The translations under genes and the position numbers were made by a program. From the NCBI GenBank assembly GCA_965637545.1, contig OZ281496.1:28272001-28336000 (forward strand): DNA of 64,000 nucleotides, in the 5' to 3' direction. The DNA is from Phallusia mammillata. Lineage: Eukaryota. A model generated the notes under the pieces. The model ran no database searches and had not been told where the DNA came from. It worked only from the letters and a program-made list of their open reading frames with translations. Of this stretch, positions 10,687 through 23,516 are shown piece after piece (position 1 is the stretch's first letter; each line of letters opens with the position of its first letter).

Positions 10687-13058
10687 ATGGAACCTCACAC
10701 ACATAGAGAAATGATTCCACACGACACGGCTGTTGAATTTTTAAATTGTTTTGAGGTTTGCTTGTTATTAAATATGTTTATTGGTAATGGACTAATGGTA
10801 ATATAAATTATAAAACTAAGTCAATGGGATTTTATTATTGTTTTGCTATGCAAACAAATGGTGACTCTAGGTTATGCTCTTTACAGCAGCTAAGGTCACT
10901 GTAGATTTATGCAAATTTGTTTTATTAATTCTAAAATAAAGCTCTTTGAGCTCCCTTTAAAGCTCCCTTACTCCTTACTGTCACTAGCATAACTTATTCA
11001 CACTTACATTGTTTGTAGATGATTGGATGTCCATACACAGCTGATATTGATCCAACATACCTTTCAGAGCTTTTGCTGCACCCCAGCCCATACAGAATGA
11101 GGCTATTAACATGGGTGTTTTCAAGGTAAATTTACATATTGTAGATAAATTTGGTTAATTGCATACAGATTAATCTCAGAGTCTGTTTTATTACATAATG
11201 ACCAAGAAACCTTAAAATGTTAAAATTCCCAAATTACAAAATGCTTATGTGTGTTTTCGTTGCTTGATTTCAGTATTGATCCAGAATTTGAGAAGCAAAT
11301 TGAAAGTTATTCTCAAAAGCATGGCAACTACTCTGCAAATCTTCAAGTTGAAGGAATGGTTCCTTTATTGACATCTCTTGCTTCTCTCTTGTTTTTGTGT
11401 TCATCAGATGATTTTGAGCTGACAAAAGTACACAAATGTTTTCATTGTTGGAATTCATTTTTTTTAATTGTTTTAATTTTTAGGGCACAGCTTCATCCCC
11501 AAAGCAGATCGTATTTTGGGAAAATCTACTAGTGATTGCAAAATCATCTGATAAAGCTTGTTCCAATATGGGTTTACCTGAGCCAAATGTTATCCATTCC
11601 ACAATGGAAAAACTACTAAAAACATGCAACGTTTCATCAGCATTTGCAGAGCCCACTGTTCTCCTACCACCAGCAATTATCAAGGAAGTGCACATGTCAC
11701 AAAAGCTGCTTCCACAATCAAAGTGTGTATATATACTTTTTTTGAATGGTTTTGTGGTGGTTGGTTGTTACGCTGAGTAGTTTGTTTAAAAAACACATTT
11801 TAGGTTTGTAACATATTGTTTGTTAGTATGGGATAGCAATATGGGTTAGAGTTGTTACAGTCTTTCACTGTGAATAATATTTGCCAATTTGGCCCATCAG
11901 ATTTTAAGAGGTCTTTGTTTAGAACCATGCGGGTCTCACCTGAAGATATATCCTCACATTTGATGGAGTTAAAGAAAGAATTTGCTGGGTACGAGGAAAA
12001 ATTGTCTCAGTTGGAATCTGAAGTCAGCATTTTGCTGTATGTTTATTCAGTGTTATTTTTGTTATCTTAAATTCAAACCTTTGTCTCCAGTTTCCAAATT
12101 CGGCCATAAAATCAGATGATCCTTCACGACTAAATAAACTTACCTGTTCTCTAAACTTGATGGTTGGTGACCTTGACCAATTGGAAACTACATTCAATGA
12201 AACATTTGACAACAACATGAGACCATTTTGTACACGCACTGCCCCAACATTTGGTCACCTTGGCCCCACAATCCAAAGCACTGACAGGCAGCTTTCAAAC
12301 TACATAAAGGTATTGTCAATACCATTATATTGAATTTTGTTTTAATAAAAGTTATTTTTGATTTTTTTTTTATGATTGTAGATGGTGGAAAATTTAAAGC
12401 AGATCAAAAAATTTCATGACAATGTTTCTACTTGCACAAAAGGTGAAAGTAAAGGTAAATTTTGGTTTAAGTTATGTTGCAATTCATGTAAAATTGAAAC
12501 CTAAATAGGAGACTTGATTTATTGCTTTGACCTTGATAATTTTGTAAACTTTGTTTGAAATTTCAGATAGAATTTTGGAGGAGGAATGCAACTTTCTTAA
12601 GAAATCTGCTGCAATAAAAAATTCCAGTTGATTTTCCCTTTGTCTTTTACGTTTTACTCAATGTTTTTGTTGTTTATCATTAAATTTTCGCTATCTTAAT
12701 GCCTCGTTTTTTATGGTTTAGGCAAGCAAAAAGGTAAATTATGTGATTATTACAAAATATTCTTGTATGGTCTTGGCACATGTTAGTGAACTTTGCCTTC
12801 ATGCATATATGGTACAACAAATATAAGTAAACGCCATTTGAATTACCTGTAGCAACTTTATCTTCAGTTTATTATTTGATTAAAATTATCTACAGCTGTT
12901 ATCACGTCGAAGGTGCAAACGCAATACAACAACGAAAAAGTGTCACATATAACGCCCCTCCCGTTCTCACTTGGTGAAAGGTAATTCAAAAAAGGCAATA
13001 AATGCAAGATAGACCTTGGCAGTTTTATTTTAGAAGAAGGTTGGCAGGTTTTACCTGA
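10687..13058 (+). CDS. HAUS7: HAUS augmin-like complex subunit 7; 3' end ambiguous (stop at 12631, or at 13058 through extra exons)
   Basis: Spliced translation ...GCPYTADIDPTYLSELLLHPSPYRMRLLTWVF..., LFLCSSDDFELTKGTASSPKQIVFWENLL and F..TFDNNMRPFCTRTAPTFGHLGPTIQ aligns by eye with the HAUS7 motifs SPSEYRLEILEW, LCAPDDQELLKG and GPIIQ. Confidence 0.85.
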
Positions 13059-13649
13059 TATAATACTGTGAAAACGATATAGAACTACACAGTAGCAGAT
13101 ATAACAGAGTTTAGAACTGTTTTGAAGAGCTTCTTTGCAAAATCAACGTTTTTACTTTGTATTTGAAATTTAAAGTAATTTATTTATTTTTTTGGCTTAA
13201 AATACTTGAAGTAAGTAACGTAGACTCTGTTTTTTATTGTCCCACAACGGCCTTTTATGAATAAAACGGTGGTAATTATAACGCAACCATGCGTGACACT
13301 GCTATTCACGAACTATGACGTAACAAAGGTTGCAATAGTCATTCATTGAACTGTGTCAGCTGATTTTTGTTTCTGTTCCGCGAGCAAGCGTTTGTTTTTG
13401 TGTTACTTTACTTTGCTGCGTGTTCTAGCTATGACTAAATGTCCGTTGCGTCAACAGATCTCGAAGTCTAAAGCGTACTCCGTTGCTGTTTTTGTGTGTA
13501 TTCGTCGTCAACACAAGATATTGCCTTTAGTTGCGTAACACCGTTAGTACTTCGTCTGTTTTGTGGGCTGGGCAAGGAAGCCATCGTTCCTGTTACCTTT
13601 CGACGTCTGACTGACGTTGCAACCAGTCGGTGAAGGCTAGCAGTCAAAT

Positions 13650-16600
13650 ATGGCAACAGAACAAGCCAGCGAGCCTTGGTCAAAGAAAATTCTCTGCCGG
13701 TATGTATTATTTGTGAAGAGCATACTTTATTTATGTCCAGTGTACTTAAGGACTATAATTTTGTTTTGGCTAAAAAGTACGATTTCGAATTATGTTAATA
13801 TTGAGTGTACTACTTTAACAATTGCTACAAAAAACTACAAAAACAGTTTAATCTGTGACTTTAATTAGGTAGTTGCAGAGATATCTTCACTAACATTTTG
13901 GTCATCAATTTCTAATGCTAAATGCTGCCTTCAGATATTACTTACATGGAATTTGCAAGTTTGGAAACAGTTGTAAATACTCACATGATAGGAAAGATCC
14001 CTTGGACATGGTTTGCAGATATTATCAAAGTGGAAAATGTGTTTATGGAGATAAATGCAGGTAAATTGTTAAATGGTGCTTTTATACCGTTATTCTTTGT
14101 TTACCAAAAATGTTGTGTATAACTCGAGTGATTTGTGCCAAAAAATATTTACTTCCTTTATTGACTGTTCAATGTTATGAGCTTTATTGTGTATTATGGT
14201 TTCAATAAATTTAATATATATACTGATTAAGGCTGTGTTTAATGTTCAAAAAGCAGCTTATATATAAATGCAAACTGCAATTCCTTTCCAGATATGATCA
14301 CATCAAAGTGGATAAACCTTTAAAGCCGGTCGAACAAACAGCAACATTAGAACAGTATGTATCATATATCTTTGTACCTGGTTTGAATTTATAGCCTTGA
14401 TTGTAATATGTGTTTAATTGCAGACCGACTATTCTGGACAGCAAGTCCAATGATGTCGACTGGGTAAATGCTGCAGAATTTGTTCCAGGAAAACAGTATT
14501 CCCCAAGAGGTACAAAGAATTAAACATATAAGTAAATGTCCAATAACAAACATAACAGCTCAAATAAGCGTAAAAAGCGGCATGCTTATTGTTCAAATCT
14601 TTTGGGTTTTGGCAAATGCTTATTCCATCATCAGTAATATATGAGGGACATGATTTCTTTTTTATTAAAATGTCTTCCTGTTACACCTTGTTATTTTGAG
14701 CTTTTCTTGTAATAGATGTTGGCACATACAGTTCTGCAGTCAAAACTGGAATTGATAAAGAAGCGTCTCCATCAACATTGTGTAGCAAATTTGATGAGTT
14801 ATGTCCATATGCCTTAAATGGTGATTGCAGGTAACTAGAGTTTCATTGTCGCATAATGTTTAATATGGACCAAACCAAACATGTTACTTGTTTCAGTAAT
14901 GGTGAAAATTGTGCCTTCTTACATGGTTTGATGTGTGACATGTGTGGTCTGAATATTCTACACCCTACTGATGTTAAACAGCAGGAAAAACATAAAGAGG
15001 TGAGTTGCAATCTCTGCCTGTACTTTTGTATGGTAGACTGTCTTACCACTTTTTAAATGTATACTCAAGTAACTTTATACCAACTCTTATAGCTATAATC
15101 AATGAACTTGACTCATATGGGAATAATTGTCATCCTTATATGTACTTTTATTGGATTTTGGATAGACTAATATCTTACCAAGAACTTTTTTAAAAGGGCT
15201 GATTAATAACCTTATTCCTATTCTTATAACTATAAGCAGTGACCTTTTAAAAGGTGAAGACGTTAGTTGTAATCAATGTTTGTACTTTTGTAGCAAAAGA
15301 CTCTCTATTTAAAAAGACTGTGGAAGTAACATTTAACCTTCCAATTACTCTAACTGTAGCCAGTGAGTTTATGAGAGCTTTGTTTATGCAGGAATGTTTT
15401 CAATATCATGAGGAAGACATGAAGGAATCATTTAAGATTGCCAAAAGCAGTGAACTAGCATGCGGAATCTGTATGGAAGTGGTAAGTAAAAAAAAATATT
15501 TGATACATTTTAAATAAGGCAAATAACAATGAAATATTGTGGAAATATAAAAGTTTGTTGCAGAAAATTCAAAAGGCTTTTGTGTTGTCTTAGGTTTGGG
15601 AAAAGGCACAGAAAAAAGACAGAAAGTTTGGTATTCTGGAAAATTGCAATCATCCATTCTGTTTAGACTGTATTCGAAAGTGGAGGAGTGCAAAGGCCTT
15701 TAATAATACAGTTGTAAAGTAAGTCAATTTCATTTCTACAGTTAAACAGAGCTAACATTAAAAATTTGAGGCAACAATTATAATTTGTGCTTATTAAATG
15801 TCAGCACATAACATCAAGATTATCTCCTATTAATCTCTTGAACATGAGTTCTGATGTTTAATAACTTTGTTGCATCATCTTAACGTGGTAATACAGAATT
15901 TATTACACCACAAAAGGAAAAAAAAGTTTCAGCGGTAATATTCTGTTATCATACATGTATTTGTGTGTATGGTTTTCAACCTATATCTGTTGACACACAA
16001 AATGACTAACATTTGTGGTATGACATTGGTTGTAAACTGTACTTAGCCGACTGGTCATGATTTATTGCACATAATAATGATCAGTATAAGTTTAACTGCT
16101 GGCTGCATTGGGCATTTATGATGTTGGCCATTTCAATAGCTCATGTATTTTGAAATGCAACAATCACAAAACATACCACTGTCAAGTTTTTGAACATTTT
16201 TGGGGCAAATTGTGTTTTAACTAATATTATCTGATCTAGTTTTAAACTAGCATTGTTTCTTCAAGGGCTTGTCCTCAGTGCAGAGTTTCTTCATCATTTG
16301 TTACACCTAGCGAAACATGGATTGAAGACCAAGAAGAGAAACAAAAACTCATTAAGGGTTATAAAGATCACCTCAGGTATGTCAAAACCCTTGCAGTGTA
16401 TATTTACCCAAATGATATACCCAGTGGGGAGATTCAGTCGGTTCCCACGAAATTTTATGAGATATGCGAACCGGTTAGCTTTACTGAATACCGTCAATGG
16501 ATTTACTGTCAATGAACCAGCGGAAAAATATTACTTTTGTGTTAGAACAGGCTGACAAAAAAATTGAATCCCACCACTGGATATACCACCCAGTCCAAGA

Positions 16601-18425
16601 TTTTGATGTATTAAAAAATTTAAAAAATTTAAAACCAATTTTAGGTGTGTTGTCTTTGTGCAGTATATATAATGTGTCTGTACATTCGTGCAGTTCACAA
16701 GTCATACAGGTCCACCTACGTGTACACAATATGTTTTAACAAGACGGAAAGGCGCCTACGATTTTGTACATCATATTAAGCGCAGCCCAATACATGTGTT
16801 CATGTTTTTCGCAGTGTAAAATCATGCAAGTATTTCGACAAGGGTAGAGGAAAATGTCCGTTCGGCGCCAACTGCTTCTATTTGCATGCTTATCCGGACG
16901 GCACGAAACAAGATCGAAGTAAGATCAAGACAAGAACTGTCACAGGCAGGGACGGCAGATCTAGGGTAAGTGGCTATGCAGCTGGTTTGCAAAGCCTTGC
17001 TTTGGATTTTTTCCGTGCATTCGTGCCGCCTGTTTTACTGTCCGTTGCGAAACGACGGAAGTTTGCTGAAGCGATTGACTGTGCTGTGAATGCGGTATTA
17101 GTTAGGCCACTGATCAGCGGATATCCCTGTAACCTTTTTAAACAAAACTTTTTGCATTTTTTGTTGTAGTTGATTGTAAGTCCTTATCAAGACATATGCT
17201 TTAAAATAGCCTGATTAGAATTATAACGGTCAGAAATTTTACTATCTAGGAAGTGTTTTATGCAAGTTTAAATTCTTCAATAGAGATGCTTGCTCTGACA
17301 AATAGTAAAACTAGCGACGACAATGCGGCCAAACTCTCAAGTGAAACTTATACTTTACGACTTATTTAACAACCTTACGATAAAAGTGCCCCTGTTTTTT
17401 ACTCTAACCTCAGGCCAAAGCACGATTGTAATTGGTCGAGTTGGAGTTTTTATGGCGACAAACGGTATTTCATTGACCTACTAAATGTCTGGTTGTAATG
17501 TGACCAGGGGCGTATCCCGATTTTTTTAAAGAACGACGCTTTAAGCAGAATGCTTTGTCCAAAGTTGTTCACATGTCCAAACCCGAAAGTACAAGACCGA
17601 AAACCGGTCCAACTTTCGACTCTGGCGGTTTCTCTACCCGTCCAATTGACAGAAAGAACATTTAATTTTATCGAAAGCTTTATATTTTCCTCATTTCGCC
17701 GCTGCTATTTAGCTTACTCAGTAAAACTGCAGCTGCAAGATAAGCGTGACTGCCACCTAATCAAAATCGAAATCAAAAACGGGAACCCATTTCTGAACAC
17801 CTTTCTGAAACGGAATCCTACTGTTAAGTTGCGCAATGTCACGAATGCAGTAAAGTTTTTTTTTTGTAACTGCAGAAGGCAATACCAAAAATGGGCAGTA
17901 GAAGGATGTACCAGGCAGTTAACAGTTGTTCTTTATACACACACACAGTGTTTTTTTTTAAGGTGTTTTGGGGGACCGTTTCAAATTTCTCCAGCGGTTT
18001 ACCAAAATGGCTATTTAAGCAAATATGGCTATTTTTGGTATTTAAATGAAACACTTGCGGTCTCTTAAAACTACTTAGCGGTCACCCAAACCAAACCTTT
18101 AAAAAAACCTGCACACACACACAATGTACATTTTCCCTCTTTTTCGTATTATTACATACTTTGCATTTTGCTTAGTTGCTTAGTTGCTAATATTCATGCT
18201 AATTTTTAGTCCATCGATCCTAACACGTTGTGGGAATTCTTCGAGGAGAGAGAAGGCCACCCCGCCGATCAGGAAACATTGCTTTCCCTGCTCCAGGAAG
18301 ACATGGATTTGTTCGATCTCATCTACTTGCTAGGTGACGATTCCTACACGTCAAGTGATGATGACAATTTCTCGGTCGATTCCATGGGAATGTTTGACTT
18401 GCACGTCTGGGCCGATTCCGATTAG
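13650..18425 (+). CDS. MKRN1: Makorin RING-finger E3 ligase (MKRN1-like), 11 coding exons
   Basis: C3H fingers ([19 protein letters not shown]; [18 protein letters not shown]; [21 protein letters not shown]), PAM2-like [10 protein letters not shown], makorin [47 protein letters not shown] and an acidic C-terminus. Confidence 0.93.
14569..14597 (+). repeat. Short dispersed intronic repeat; further copies at ~23878-23907 and ~24549-24578
   Basis: Shared CGTAAAA(A/G)GCG..CATGCTT(T)ATT.TT(C)AA; two copies also share upstream AAGGATTGTAA. Probably decayed transposon ends. Confidence 0.5.
16422..16579. mobile_element. hAT MITE family A (copy 1), Makorin intron
   Basis: TIR CAGTGG(G/T)G.GATTCA; perfect 8-bp TSD GATATACC; related inverted copy at 29052-29231. 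Confidence 0.9.
17946..18111. mobile_element. hAT MITE family B (copy 1), Makorin intron
   Basis: TIR CAG(T/G)GTTTTTT..AAGG; perfect TSD CACACACA; near-identical inverted copy at 31191-31341. Confidence 0.9.
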
Positions 18426-18550
18426 CAAGGTACGTCATCTGCACAAATATTGTGGTACTTGAAGTAGGGTGCTAAAAGCAAATAAGTGACAGTGCAGAAA
18501 TATGCTGTCTTTGGTACACAATGCACGGTTCTAAATAGTCCAAACCAAAC

Positions 18551-18644
18551 GATACAAGCCGGTATTTGAGTGTAGAACATCACAACTGACCATACTAACT
18601 GTCGAAACGTTGTGGTGTTTTACACTCAAACACTGGATTGTATC
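18551..18644 (+). other. Long inverted repeat / RNA hairpin in the Makorin 3' UTR
   Basis: 36-bp stem (18551-18586 with 18609-18644) with 3 G-U pairs and 2 mismatches; lies between the stop (18425) and AATAAA at ~18803. Confidence 0.8.
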
Positions 18645-20849
18645 TTTTAGCTCATTGGTGTCCTTGTTTTTGCGATTTTTTTGAAGGGAAACTGTTTAGT
18701 TTTAAAAAGGAACAAGAATTTCTCTGCCATTGGAGTAGACTTCCAATTTAGTTATGGTTTAACTCAAGGTTAAGGTTTTCAACATTGCCTAAATATATAC
18801 AATAAATATTTTTATGCATACCCTCTGAATACAAAGACAAGCCGCCAACGGTGTTTTACGTCATGGTACTTCACACGACCAAGTATTAAATACCATAGTT
18901 ATACATGAGACCCTAACAGAATTTTCTTGATGTTGCAGAAATTTCGCCCTGTACATATCATATTAACCCGGCGTTCGCTCTTGTTGTGTGCCTGATGTGT
19001 TTCCAACACCGCGCCTAACCCACGTGTGTACAAAGCAACCGGACCAATGAAACCCTGCGCAACAACAAAACGACCCTTTGAGGGGGCGGAAAAGCACCCA
19101 AAGTGACCCTCTTTGGCCCCAAATCAAACTGAATGAAAAGCTTAGTTGGAAACTTATGAAGCTTTCGGATGGATTTCTTTCTAACGGAATATCAGCATTG
19201 TTGGATCGGACTCTTATTAGCGTGAGCTACATTTGAAACACCGAAAAAGATGATTTTAAGCCTGTGATTTGAGTTTTTGTACATATTTACTGCCTGTATA
19301 TAGTCTCTTGACCTCCCTTAAGCTTGGTGTGCCCACTCATTTTATCTTCTACTTTTCACAGAGCAGGTTACTTCACAAGTCAGGGCACCGTCAAATATTT
19401 ATTAATTAAGTCGGTTTACCTTTAAAGTTTAAAGGAAACTGGGATACTTTTTCATTTGTGCGTTTTGTGCGAAATGTCTACAATACTTTTCTGTTCAGTA
19501 CTAGTTCTAAACAAAAATCTCCGTATATTGCACAGAACTGATTCCCAGAATATGACAAAAACAACCCCTCAAGCCATTCTCGCTATGTTTCTTATAACTT
19601 TCGCTATAACAAGCGTAACAAGGCAATCAAATTGCAATCCTATACTATTTTACTATCTTGCCTGGTGTTATCCATCTTTTTGACCTCAGTAACTCGGAAT
19701 GCCTTAACATATGCACAGGCTTGGTATTTTCTTCTGTTAAAGCCGCTTAAAGGTGACTCCAACGAATTTTTTAGTCTGACCTATTTGCAAATGAATTTTC
19801 GCCAAAAGTACGTAAAATATCTGCGACCTTTAATAATATTTATTTTCTTGTAGATTTCTTTCATTCTTAGGTCACGGTTTAAAGTTTTTTTCAATGTTTC
19901 CTTTTTAGATCAATACACAAGACTATGCACGCGGTTCTCCTTTAAACTGAAAAAGCTCGCACCCGCTAAACTTAAAAACACTGTGGCCATTACAACGTAT
20001 CGACTGCATACTAAAATACATTCAGTGCCTATATAAAGTACTTTGCAATTATTATTGGATAAAGTGCGTTGTTTTAACTTTAACTTGGTTTTCCGTGCAA
20101 TTATTGCCGACGCTAAACTAATTTCGATGTTTAATAGCAGTTCCATTTTTTTTAATTGACCAAACTCCTTTAGGCATACTGTAGTGACATTTTATACTAT
20201 TGAAAATGCCCTGGTCAAAATTGTATTGCCACGTTATATACCAATAGAATTTCATCCCTATACCCGTTACAGTTTTAAACGCGCCTAAACAATGCTGTCT
20301 TAATGGAATTTTGTAATTTGGTTGCTTTTTCATTTGACAACAACAATATTTCCCATATTGGTGGATAAAAATTAATTAAACTGTTTTTTTCCGTTGCCTT
20401 AATTTCATGTTATTTATTCTTAACCACGGCAAAATATGTTACACTACGTTCAGAGCGCAACGCCACTAGATATGTCAAGCAATAGACCCAATGCTTGTCC
20501 CTTGCATTACGTAAAAATTGTCTCATAAATGTACCATTGTGCCTGAAATTGTTACCGAAACGAAACTACAGTTTTAAAGGGTCCTTTGAGTATCACGACA
20601 AGTTCTCTGCCTACGTCTACATAAACACATGCGGCCAATCTGTATCCTATTTAAACGTTTTGTTGTAATCAGTGTTACCCTCCTTCAAACAAGAAGTCTT
20701 TTAAATCTTAGCCCAAATCATTTGCAATTGAATTCTTTAGTGCGGTTCCTCTTAACACTACATGTTCATTCACAACATACTATATATCAATGTACTGGTT
20801 TTGATTCGTCATATTCGTTGGACACTAAATGTACCCTGACTTTCCGCTA

Positions 20850-21330
20850 AGTCTGCGTTGAAATAGTCTTGAATGACGTATTGCAGTGCGCGCCACTCAC
20901 TCGGCTTAAGTTTTTTTTCACTCTGTCGTCACGTGACCCGTGCCAGTCACGCACCAGTGATTTTCGTTGCCTTAGGAAATTTTTACGATTTTACGTCAGT
21001 GCATTCTTTCAGCAACATGGCCTTTCATATATGTCTCTATATTTATCTATACGCGAGCCACCTCAATAAAAAGACAAGCCCGGTGTCGTTACGTCACTGA
21101 TGACGTCACGCGAACCCTGTGCGCCACGATTTTACTTCACCTTTGAATTTTTTGTCCACGCAACCACTTGAAAAATTCTGTGCACTAAACACTGTGAAAA
21201 CTTTATTCTCTGGTAAAAAAACCCATAAAGGCTGCAAAACATAACCTTTCTATTTTTTGTCGTTTTTTACTCACCACAACTTTAACCGACACCCCCAAAC
21301 CTTCACTGTGACGTCACAAAACCACGCGCG
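20850..21330. promoter_or_regulatory. CpG-rich promoter/enhancer-like segment with no assigned gene
   Basis: Palindromic GTCACGTGAC (20928-20937), TGACGTCA at ~21101 and ~21309, and additional ACGTCA half-sites in AT-rich surroundings. Confidence 0.35.
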
Positions 21331-21673
21331 ATTCGTTGAAACGATTTCGCTTCTTGATTTTAAAAAGTTTGGTGTTATTTCTTCGCGTTTTGGGTATGTC
21401 CGCTTTATATCGATAGTACAAAACAGTCAACGCAAAAAATGTATCTGCACACTTTTTGCCCTCGAAAAACGATGCAACTTGTCTCTTGTGTGTTTTATAA
21501 CCTGGCGCGCACTGCCTTAATTCACTCCTACGCCTTTCGACCAACTGTCTCCACATTTCAGTGTTCAAATCTGTGCTGTTTAAGTTATTGGAAAGCTGAC
21601 TTGAATTTGTAACCGTTAAAATCTCATTCTTCACAATCGGTGTGTTTTCAGGGTCTAAAATTTCCGTTTTAAT
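21314..21673 (-). CDS. Orphan exon-like ORF (IKTEILDPENTPIVKNEIL...MWRQLVERRRSELRQCAP...)
   Basis: About 120 open codons after a TAG acceptor, with two psi-K-x-E motifs; no family recognised and no linked exons established. Confidence 0.3.
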   Translation of the reverse strand: MKTEILDPENTPIVKNEILTVTNSSQLSNNLNSTDLNTEMWRQLVERRRSELRQCAPGYKTHKRQVASFFEGKKCADTFFALTVLYYRYKADIPKTRRNNTKLFKIKKRNRFNESRVVL

Positions 21674-23516
21674 CTATTCTATACCTTCGCCACCGCTATA
21701 CATATATGTATCCCTCTTATAACAACCACCCAAATATTTAAGCAATGTCGTGTACATAGAATATGTTCGGGTTTGGTGTTTGTAGGTTATGTTATTCTGT
21801 ATACATGTGCATACATACTTGTTGTCCATATCGCAATAGGGATTTTTACTAGTTAACAACCAACTAATGTAATTTATCTTGTAGTTTCTGAAGTGAAGGC
21901 TTTTCTTATCCCATTTTTTTGGAGTATCGTTTTATACGAGAGTAGAAACTCTAGTCTTTCTTTTTTGATTTTTACGATGATCCGGAGCCTTTGCGTAGCT
22001 TGGTGACGACTTTGTTGGGTGCAATGATAATGGTATGGCTCGGGATAAAATACAGCGAACCCAGGAACAAATCTATCGCTTTGATGAGTTTCGTTTTTCT
22101 GATTGAGTTAGCCAGAAATTTTCATTAATGTTCGTAGTGTTTTGGTGTAAAATATAATTTGTAGCAAGGTCTCAACAGACTGCAAAAGTTAAGATATAAC
22201 ATCAACAGTCATAAACTGGTACAAATTTATATTAAAAAGTTACTGCAGACAGAATCTGAGAATACAGGTCAATGACAACAACATGTCAGCAGAGCCTAAA
22301 CTTTGTTTCCATTTAAAAAAATCCTGGCTGTTGAATAATTGTTGATATCGTTTACGGGCAACGTGTACAAATCAAAACTATCTAAGAATACGAGGTAGGA
22401 TTTTAATGGCGCCAACTAAATACATTTCCTAAATCGTACTTTTGATCTAATTACATTTTTTAATCGTAACGCCAGGATCGATTTTGCTGGCTATAAACGT
22501 TATATACTAGTTTACAAGTTGTTGTGTACGTGATGGAATTTAACACTTCGACAGTGAACCACAAACGATTTATGCCTCACAATGAAAAAGGGTTGTGTGC
22601 GCGCCCCACCTCAAACAGACCTAGTTATTTGTATTCCAGCACACTGGCCAATAAGCGGTTGAATTTCACATGGAAGGTAAGCACAAGGCCTTGGAACGCT
22701 TGAGGTATCATGAACGCCCAAGGATGGATTCAAAACACGGTTTAACCTTTGGTAATCAAACTGCCTAAGCCGGTGTGTTTGAATTTGCCAGAGAGAGAGA
22801 GAAAGAAAGGCTGAATACTTACGCAGTCTTAACAAAAGCTGTAGATAAAACGTGTATATTATGTTCAGGGTTAAACCACACAACTCTATTAAATAGCTAA
22901 ACTAGTATTGAAATAGGCGGCAAGTGTAGAATCTGTAAAGCTTGTTACATCAGCGAAGAATAATAATCAAATAGTACAGTTTATGCTCATATAATGTAAA
23001 TAATTTGAGTATTTTACAGTGTTGTGTTTGTAGTTAATGCATTATATAATGGTTATACTGCCTGTTTTGCGTAGTTGCAGTGAGACCAATGTTTTCAAGT
23101 CATATAACTTTTAAGTGTACTTTGCGGTATACCTCAGTGCTTGCTTTAAAATGCTGTCGCTTAAAAGGCTTGGGTAGTGTCAGTAATGATTAACCAACAC
23201 TTATCTACTGATCGGGTCAGGTGAAAAGCTTGTCTACTTAACAAGGTAGTCGTCTAAAGTTTTTTTTTTTTAGAAATTTTTTTTATGTGGTTGGCGCCAA
23301 TGTTAAAGAACATTTGTTAATAAGTTACTTTCCTATGCACTGCAGTACAATTGTTATTTCATGTACTGTAGCCTACGTATTGTTGCCCATTTGTGTTTTT
23401 CAGTGTATATTCAAGCTATAGAGGGAATTGTAATTCACTCGACAAGCCGTTTTATTGCCGGCACATACACGTAGCTATAAAATCTCTATTTGTTTAGGCT
23501 GTTTCCGATATTTATA

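Noticed and set aside
12631-13650. HAUS7-Makorin as a trans-spliced operon
   Set aside because: About 385 bp including a CpG-containing promoter-like segment separates the poly(A) signal from the Makorin ATG; no direct evidence.
17550-18068. 172-aa ORF in a Makorin intron
   Set aside because: TTG/ATG start in an intron, runs through a MITE, no homology; treated as spurious.
19030-19290. CCAAT and GC box followed by a U3-like segment (GCGTGAGC, GATGA)
   Set aside because: Box A/A' similarity is too weak and no box D or terminal stem was found.
19748-21146. Kolobok-like element from TTAAAGGTGA to TCACCTTTGA
   Set aside because: Only ~8 bp of inverted match and the right-hand TTAA is not intact.
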